Positions 27,545 to 32,000 of a DNA stretch of 32,000 bases are shown here, one piece after another. The position numbers and the translations under genes were made by a program. The notes under the pieces are model-generated. The model did not search any database and was not told where the DNA came from. It worked only from the letters and a program-made list of their open reading frames with translations. The DNA lies in assembly GCA_028713575.1 (NCBI GenBank), contig JAQTOB010000001.1, positions 70,379 through 102,378 of the forward strand. Direction: 5' to 3'. This DNA is from Patescibacteria group bacterium. Lineage in GTDB: Bacteria > Patescibacteriota > Patescibacteriia > UBA2591 > UBA6264. Position 1 is the stretch's first letter. Every line of letters begins with the position of its first letter.

Positions 27545-27805
27545 TTTTTGTTTATCCGGCATTTAAAATCGTCCGGCTAAATGTTTAAAAAACCATAGAT
27601 TTTAATTGAATAAACAAAATCCACCAAAGGCAACTTCTCTGCCTCGAACCAGTGATTACAGAAAAATTAATGTAATACGAAGTTCGTCGGCAAATGTTAG
27701 GGTCTCCGACAAACCATAAAAAGTTTGGCAAAGAAGCTCCCTTTGATGGACCACCGTGGAGTTACTTGGTGTAGTAGTTGCCCCCTTGACCCTAATCAAG
27801 GTATA
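27545..27805 (-). ncRNA. structured RNA element of about 260 nt (long leader of the 56-aa ORF, or an independent ncRNA)
   Basis: No ORF, and locally higher GC. Minus-strand helices are CCUUGA-UUAGGG-UCAAGG (27784-801), GGCAA/UUGCC (27778-82 with 27727-31), GUUUGUCGG-15 nt-CCGACGAAC (27682-714, whose U-G pair becomes a C-A mismatch on the plus strand), AUUACA-10 nt-UGUAAU (27655-76) and AGGCA-7 nt-UGCCU (27628-44). Loop UUAGGGUC (27788-95) is perfectly complementary to loop GACCCUAA (27697-704). Confidence 0.45.
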
Positions 27806-27990
27806 AATTTAATAACAAAAGAACAATTATTCTTATATTTAATAGTAATGTTCCCCTCTTTATATTAGACGATAAAAACTGAATTTTGTTACACTATTTT
27901 CAACCAAAAATTAACTCATTTTAATTAAAAACCATTTAATCTTTAAATTTTTTGATTCACATTAGAACTTACAAACGAGGAAATGCCGAG

Positions 27991-28047
27991 ATTTACTGTT
28001 ATTTCCTCCCAATCAAGAATTCTGAAATCGTCCCGTAAACCCCGCCA
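27991..28047 (+). repeat. T1: decayed direct copy of the tRNA-Asp 3' half (anticodon loop to CCA)
   Basis: ATTTACTGTTATTTCCTCCCAATCAAGAATTCTGAAATCGTCCCGTAAACCCCGCCA aligns with tRNA-Asp CTGTCAC...GGTTCGAATCCCGTACGGACCGCCA. It is 46/57 identical to T2 at 29359-29415. Confidence 0.7.
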
Positions 28048-28085
28048 TTATCCTACTCCCCTTGGGCTTCGGAATGGTAAATCAT
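28048..28085 (+). repeat. Y block, copy 2
   Basis: TTATCCTACTCCCCTTGGGCTTCGGAATGGTAAATCAT; 33/38 identical to 26492-26529. Confidence 0.7.
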
Positions 28086-28139
28086 AAAATATTGCCAAAA
28101 ATAATTAGGTATTCCGTAGCTTAAAAAGCGAAGGATACT

Positions 28140-28155
28140 CGTCCGGACCGCCACT
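28140..28155 (+). repeat. third copy of the last 16 nt of the tRNA-Asp region
   Basis: CGTCCGGACCGCCACT versus tRNA-Asp CGTACGGACCGCCACT (26478-26493), 15/16 identical. Confidence 0.7.
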
Positions 28156-28163
28156 TCCTTAAA

Positions 28164-28188
28164 ATAGAGTTATCTGCTCTATCTTTTT
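28164..28188 (+). terminator. intrinsic terminator (Z block, copy 2)
   Basis: ATAGAG-TTATCTG-CTCTAT followed by CTTTTT. Homologous to 26535-26563. Confidence 0.5.
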
Positions 28189-28201
28189 ATTTATTTCTTA
28201 T

Positions 28202-28217
28202 AAAAAGTTATACACAG
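28202..28217 (+). promoter_or_regulatory. W box copy 2 (AAAAAGTTATACACAG)
   Basis: Ends 30 nt upstream of the -10 box TATTAT (28248-53). Confidence 0.5.
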
Positions 28218-28225
28218 GTTAAGTA

Positions 28226-28263
28226 TTGTAATTTCTTGTTCTTGTGGTATTATTATACCACAA
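28226..28263 (+). promoter_or_regulatory. promoter of the XRE-ImmA operon, overlapped by a perfect palindromic operator
   Basis: TTGTAA (28226-31), 16 nt, TATTAT (28248-53). The palindrome TTGTGGTAT-TATT-ATACCACAA (28242-28263) covers the -10 box. Confidence 0.5.
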
Positions 28264-28295
28264 AGGTCCTTATATTAATAAAAACTAAAAAAATT

Positions 28296-28673
28296 ATGAA
28301 AAATAACAATTTACAAAAATTTGGTCAAAAATTAAAAGAATTACGAATTAACAAAGGTTTAACTCTTAGAAAAATGTGTAAAAAGGTAGGTTATGACCCC
28401 AGTAATTGGAGTAAAATAGAAAGAGGCAGAATCCCTCCCCCTTCTAATGAAAAAATACTAAATAAATGGGCTGAAGCATTGGGATTGATAAATTCTATAG
28501 AAATTAAAAAATTTATAAGCGATGCGCAAATAGCACAAGGATTAATCCCGTCCGATATTATGAAAGAAGAAGATATTACAGAATATCTACCAGCTTTTTT
28601 TAGGTCCATAAAAAAAGAAAAAATGACCAAAAAAGATATAGAAGAATTAATAAAATTAATCAGAAAAAGTTAA
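28296..28673 (+). CDS. XRE/Cro-CI family helix-turn-helix transcriptional regulator
   Basis: FGQKLKELRINKGLTLRKMCKKVGYDPSNWSKIERGR is the canonical HTH_3 pattern. Start taken at ATG 28296; the track start at 28236 is a TTG inside the promoter/operator. Confidence 0.85.
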   Translation: MKNNNLQKFGQKLKELRINKGLTLRKMCKKVGYDPSNWSKIERGRIPPPSNEKILNKWAEALGLINSIEIKKFISDAQIAQGLIPSDIMKEEDITEYLPAFFRSIKKEKMTKKDIEELIKLIRKS

Positions 28674-29281
28674 ATGGAAATTCCGTACCTTGATGACGAA
28701 AAAATTAAAAAAATAGCGGATAGTTTTAGGGTTAAATTTTCTGACAATTCAATTCCTGTAGAAATGGAAGAGATTATAGAATTGAGACTAAAAATGTATA
28801 TTGCTCTATCGCCGGGGCTAAAATATCTCCAAGGAATAGATATGATAATAATGTCTAACTTCAAATCTATTTATGTTGACGAAAATATTTATTCTGACGA
28901 AACTCAAAAAAATAGATTAAGATTCTCTTACGCCCACGAAATAGGACATTTCGTTTTACACAAAGATATTTACAAAAAATTTGGGATAAAAGATTGGAAA
29001 AATTTTTACAACATCCAAAAAAAGAATCTTATCAAAAAAACATTAAAAGAATTGACAAACAAGCTGATATTTTTGCGGGATATCTTCTTATGCCAGAAGA
29101 TAGATTGGAAATTGAAAAAAATCAAATATTAGAATCATTAGATATAGAATTATTATCTAAAATAAAATCTATGCCGAAAGAAACACTAAATCAATTATTA
29201 GCTTCGCAGTTATCAATTATTTTTGGCGTTTCTCAGATGGCTATGTTTATAGCATTAAAAAAACTTGAAAACAAAAAATAA
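28674..29281 (+). CDS. ImmA/IrrE family (COG2856-like) zinc metallopeptidase, split by a -1 frameshift (pseudogene or recoding)
   Basis: Frame 0 carries the HEXXH motif (SYAHEIGHFVLH). The -1 frame carries the family's downstream motif (DKQADIFAGYLLMP). The frames can be joined at A AAA AAG (29018-29024), giving about 202 aa. The ATG abuts the XRE stop codon. Confidence 0.75.
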
Positions 29282-29358
29282 TTACTTAATTTTTAAAAGC
29301 CATCTCAAACATATTTAAATATTATTTAATTCCGAGAATAATTTTTTAATAAACCAAA

Positions 29359-29415
29359 ATTTACTGTCACTTCCCCTCAATTCATAGTTCTGAAATCGTC
29401 CCGTAGACCTTGCCA
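29359..29415 (+). repeat. T2: second decayed copy of the tRNA-Asp 3' half
   Basis: ATTTACTGTCACTTCCCCTCAATTCATAGTTCTGAAATCGTCCCGTAGACCTTGCCA. It retains the exact Asp anticodon-loop heptamer CTGTCAC. Confidence 0.7.
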
Positions 29416-29429
29416 GTAAAAACGTTCGG

Positions 29430-29460
29430 AATTCATAAAACAGCATGAATTTTTTTATTT
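29430..29460 (+). terminator. intrinsic terminator
   Basis: AATTCAT-8 nt-ATGAATT followed by a T run. Confidence 0.55.
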
Positions 29461-29488
29461 TCCTTGCAATAAAAATTTCAAAGATTAA

Positions 29489-29516
29489 AACCTCTCTCTT
29501 GAGGGGTTCTTTTTTA
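29489..29516 (+). terminator. intrinsic terminator between convergent units (possibly bidirectional)
   Basis: AACCTCTC-TCTT-GAGGGGTT followed by CTTTTTT. The reverse complement lies just 3' of tRNA-Arg. Confidence 0.6.
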
Positions 29517-29533
29517 TAACCGCTTTATACAAA

Positions 29534-29605
29534 TGCCCCCACCAGGAATCGAACCTGGGTCTTATCCTCCGCAAGGACACACTCTATCCATTGAGCTATG
29601 AGGGC
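29534..29605 (-). tRNA. tRNA-Arg (anticodon GCG)
   Basis: GCCCTCA-TA-GCTC-AATGGATA-GAGT-G-TGTCC-TTGCGGA-GGATA-AGAC-CCAGG-TTCGATT-CCTGG-TGGGGGC-A. Has an A20-type D-loop. CCA is not encoded. Confidence 0.85.
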
Positions 29606-29614
29606 ATTAAAATC

Positions 29615-30109
29615 TTATATTTTTAACCAATGATTTATTCTATCAATAATGTTTTCTTCTCCTCTTTCCGCGTCTTCCTCTAAATATTCTTTTAATATTT
29701 TTCTGACTTCTAAAGGATTCTGCTTCTCCAAAGAAACAGAAATATCCGGAATTAAGGCCTTCTTTAAATCAAAATAAAGTCTTTTCGTCTCCGGCGGTCG
29801 ATAAGCCAAGTGAAAATTTTTTATTTCTGTCCATTCATAAAATTTTGAACTAATCATTATTCCGTCTTCAAAAATTTTAAATTCAACATTAAGAGGAATT
29901 CTTTTTAAGTTAAGAAATATTACTAATCCTGATAAAAATAAAATTATTGCAAACAAAAAATTGGAAGTAAAAATAGCATAAATTATAAAAAATAATAACA
30001 GCGAACCGCTTATAACATGCCAAGATTTTCCTCTTTGATATTGCGGGTATTCAGGAAAATCCCATGATAAAAGAATTTGACCATAATTCTTTATTTCTTC
30101 TTCAATCAT
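29615..30109 (-). CDS. small membrane protein with two TM helices, unknown function
   Basis: 164-aa ORF. TM hairpin (SGSLLLFFIIYAIFTSNFLFAIILFLSGLVIFL) followed by a soluble acidic C-terminal domain. Confidence 0.6.
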   Translation of the reverse strand: MIEEEIKNYGQILLSWDFPEYPQYQRGKSWHVISGSLLLFFIIYAIFTSNFLFAIILFLSGLVIFLNLKRIPLNVEFKIFEDGIMISSKFYEWTEIKNFHLAYRPPETKRLYFDLKKALIPDISVSLEKQNPLEVRKILKEYLEEDAERGEENIIDRINHWLKI

Positions 30110-30313
30110 AATTGATTTATTAAATTAATTAAATATTTGAAAGAATCCTAAATAAATAAGCCCTGTTTTTTCTATGCCTGCTTTTTTAATTCTTCTGTTT
30201 TAGATAAATTAAGCGAAGTATTAGTGAAAAATGAAGACCGCGAGTGAATTTTAGGCCCCGCCGTCGCAATCTTCTAATGGACTACCTCCGGCGAAGCCCG
30301 CTATGGCGAGCAA

Positions 30314-30407
30314 GGGACAGAGGGGGCGATATTTCCTCCATCGGGCAGACATGTTTCTCGTCCTCCTGCCTTATGCCGCCAAACAATTTAACTAAATTAT
30401 TTGGCGG
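30314..30407 (-). repeat. R1: GC-rich repeat unit abutting the 3' end of tRNA-Ser
   Basis: On the minus strand the hairpin CCGCCAAAtAATTT..AAATTgTTTGGCGG (30376-30407) uses the tRNA's own CCGCCA end. It is followed by ...GCCCGATGGAGGAAATATCGCCCCCTCTGTCCC, a decayed copy of the tRNA-Ser 3' end. Confidence 0.6.
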
Positions 30408-30491
30408 AGAGGGCGAGATTCGAACTCGCGAGAGCATTTCTGCTCTAATAGTTTTCAAGACTATCCCGTTCAACCGCTCCGGCACCTCTCC
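30402..30491 (-). tRNA. tRNA-Ser (anticodon TGA), class II with long variable arm, CCA encoded
   Basis: GGAGAGG-TG-CCGGAGCGGTTGAACGG-GA-ATAGT-CTTGAAA-ACTAT-T-AGAGCA-GAAA-TGCTCT-C-GCGAG-TTCGAAT-CTCGC-CCTCTCC-G-CCA. Confidence 0.95.
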
Positions 30492-30694
30492 ATTTTAATT
30501 CTACTCTTAATGTTTTTTGCTAATTTAATTAAAAAATCTATTTGACTTACCCATTTTTAATAAAATTTCTACACCTTTTCTATAAAATTAAATAAATATT
30601 ATTTAACGAAAAAACAGTAAACTGCGCTCGCTTATTTAATTCGCTGTTTTCTTCTGTATAAAACATTGAGCAATAAAGCGTTAGTGGGTTTTAA

Positions 30695-30720
30695 TGGAGG
30701 AGAAGGCGGGGCGGTTCAAC
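30695..30720 (-). repeat. pseudo-tRNA fragment (tRNA-Ser-like T-loop to CCA)
   Basis: Minus strand GTTGAACCGCCCCGCCTTCTCCTCCA versus the tRNA-Ser 3' end GTTCGAATCTCGCCCTCTCCGCCA. No matching 5' half is present. Confidence 0.5.
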
Positions 30721-30791
30721 AGGCTCGCCGTCTTATCAACAATCTCACGGCTCTTGCTTAATTTTTAAAAGTCCCGAATTTATTGAAAAAC

Positions 30792-30879
30792 GGAGAGGGC
30801 GGGATTTCCGCCAGCGGGCGGATAAACTTCTTATCCCTCTATTTTATACCGCCAAACAATCAACTAGATTGTTTGGCGG
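30792..30879 (-). repeat. R2: second copy of the GC-rich repeat unit
   Basis: Perfect 13-bp hairpin CCGCCAAACAATC-AACTA-GATTGTTTGGCGG (30849-30879). Also GGCGGAAATCCCGCCCTCTCCG (minus strand, 30792-30813), which matches tRNA-Ser CGAATCTCGCCCTCTCCG at 16/18 positions. Confidence 0.6.
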
Positions 30880-31082
30880 GACACTCGGGTTAAGTACCCC
30901 AAAATGTTGATATTATAGAGGTATTATAGCGCTTTTTTGGCTTTCTGAATAGAGGCAAATTTAAAGCACGTGGGTCGGGGTCTGTATTTTGCAAATGGGA
31001 CAAATGGGACACTTTTTGCGGATGTCGTCCCGAGTCTCATTTGTGGTAATATCTCCCTAATCAAAAACTTTTTTTGGGAATT

Positions 31083-31964
31083 TTAGGCCTCTGGTGGGAA
31101 TCTTCGCCATTTTCCCTTCCTTTCCGATACCATATGTTCTACAAGTATACTCTGGGCTTCGTCTGAACTTCTTATAGCATTTCGATCTGTTGGCTCAGCT
31201 TCTTTTGCAAATCTTATAATTTTTTCTGTAATAACTTTATCTGTTTCTAGATTAATCCTGTCTGTATCATCAAATTTTCGGGATTTCATGTTCCTCCATG
31301 TGGATGGCATATATTTGTCCCACATACGAGTCACCAGAAAAGAAGTGTCATCAGGAGGAATAGAAGCAAAACTTACAACGCCTCTACTTTTTACGTCTTC
31401 AGGAAATGCAGAATAGTGTTGATCTAGTTTTGATAAATCATCTTTAAAGTCACTACCTTTTATAAATGATTGATCGGGCCTCAAGAAAAAAGATGAGATG
31501 CCAATATGAATTTTATCATTTGAAACAAAAATTTTACAAAAAGGTAAATAGTATAAATAAGCGATATCGACTTTGTGAGTTTGCGGGTGGCGAAAACTCG
31601 AAAAAAGATTAGAGTTAATCCCTAAATAGAAAAATAAATCGACCGACAATACATATGTAAAATAAGGCGCAAATTCTTTGATTGGTTTACTACCATCATC
31701 CTTCCATCTTTGTAAAATCTCTTTTTGAGCTTCGGGCGAGAAATCGATAAGAGAGAGGCCGAGAATCAAAATATCTTTTTTGTCTAATTCATCAATAATG
31801 CGGTCTACTTGTATCTTTAATTCGCTAAGAGATTTTGGTACACCAAACAAGCCTAAAAATCGCTGGGATATTTTATGACTTTCTACCTGGGTCATACTTT
31901 TTAAGCCCCTTCTCCATCTTTTAGCGATTTTTTGTTCAATCTCTAAAATTGATGCTCTTGCCAT
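31083..31964 (-). CDS. orphan 293-aa protein, unknown function
   Basis: ATG-initiated ORF with GC visibly above the window background (about 43% in a hand-counted 60-mer versus about 30% elsewhere). No family recognised. The segment DIAYLYYLPFCKIFVSNDK loosely resembles the last acidic strand of PIN-like nucleases (weak). Confidence 0.65.
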   Translation of the reverse strand: MARASILEIEQKIAKRWRRGLKSMTQVESHKISQRFLGLFGVPKSLSELKIQVDRIIDELDKKDILILGLSLIDFSPEAQKEILQRWKDDGSKPIKEFAPYFTYVLSVDLFFYLGINSNLFSSFRHPQTHKVDIAYLYYLPFCKIFVSNDKIHIGISSFFLRPDQSFIKGSDFKDDLSKLDQHYSAFPEDVKSRGVVSFASIPPDDTSFLVTRMWDKYMPSTWRNMKSRKFDDTDRINLETDKVITEKIIRFAKEAEPTDRNAIRSSDEAQSILVEHMVSERKGKWRRFPPEA

Positions 31965-32000
31965 CGATGGAAAGCTTCAACTTCCAGTGGTTCCTTAAAC
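31943..32000 (-). CDS. 3' end of an upstream ORF overlapping the 293-aa gene start (rest lies outside the window)
   Basis: Minus-strand frame reads ...FKEPLEVEAFHRWQEHQF*, with the stop at 31943-31945. This is 22 nt inside the next gene, so the two look like an operon. Only 18 codons are visible. Confidence 0.3.
   Translation of the reverse strand, partial: FKEPLEVEAFHRWQEHQF

Noticed and set aside
26582-28216. Three DnaA-box-like 9-mers (TTTTCCACA, ATATCCACA, TTATACACA) read as a replication origin.
   Set aside because: They are 0.7-0.9 kb apart rather than clustered. There is no adjacent AT-rich 13-mer-type unwinding element in a recognisable arrangement, and no dnaA or dnaN nearby. Their fixed spacing to -10 boxes fits promoter-associated sites better (reported as the W box).
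27185-28235. The ORF-free kilobase read as a decayed integrase or other pseudogene.
   Set aside because: I found no recombinase-like peptide fragments (no R..HxxR..Y pieces) in any frame by eye. The helices with strand-specific wobble pairs argue for RNA-level constraint. This cannot be excluded without a translated search (blastx).
30244-30498. 84-aa plus-strand ORF and 67-aa minus-strand ORF (30282-30485).
   Set aside because: Both are open only because they cross the GC-rich tRNA-Ser gene and the adjacent R1 repeat. There is no start context and the proteins are Arg/Pro/Gly-rich nonsense.
30767-30892. RNase P RNA-like P4 pairing: AAAAGTCCCGA (30767-77) is complementary to TCGGGTT in ACACTCGGGTTAAG (30881-92). 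This is reminiscent of GGAAAGUCCGGGC / ACAGAACCCGGCUUA.
   Set aside because: The two strands are only about 110 nt apart. The intervening sequence is the R2 repeat and lacks the P10-P12, P15 and J3/4-type conserved nucleotides. That is far too small for a bacterial RNase P RNA, so the resemblance is probably chance.

Overview
This window comes from a very AT-rich (roughly 30% GC by eye), tightly packed genome. Tiny intergenic gaps, weak or absent Shine-Dalgarno sequences, a leaderless-looking promoter, divergent ribosomal proteins and orphan surface proteins suggest a small-genome Patescibacteria/CPR-type bacterium; that assignment is inference only.

Positions 1-26.4 kb are ordinary housekeeping genes. 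Mostly on the minus strand: proS (partial), rseP, frr, a BNR-propeller lipoprotein, holB, two GT4 glycosyltransferases, mreB, an AI-2E permease, an M16 peptidase, glyQS, tgt, recO, a 628-aa surface protein and a [FeFe]-hydrogenase HydA/NuoF-like pair. On the plus strand: smpB, rpsL-rpsG-fusA, tmRNA and infC-rpmI-rplT. tRNA-Pro and rpmB are also present.

The last ~5.6 kb (26.4-32 kb) is accessory. Three tRNAs (Asp, Arg-GCG, Ser) sit among decayed direct copies of their own 3' halves. No integrase is visible.

This region also holds about 1 kb with no ORF of 60 aa or more that is full of conserved-looking RNA helices. Some of these helices have strand-specific G-U pairs, and two hairpin loops are complementary to each other. 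Other elements are:
- two candidate small RNAs, each with its own promoter and terminator
- a 16-nt motif placed 29-30 nt upstream of three -10 boxes
- orphan ORFs of 161 aa and 56 aa
- an XRE repressor plus an ImmA/IrrE protease split at an A AAA AAG slippery heptamer
- a higher-GC orphan operon running off the right edge

My best candidate for something undescribed is the RNA-rich, integrase-less cassette between tRNA-Asp and tRNA-Arg (26.5-29.4 kb). All functional readings of it are inference from sequence alone.
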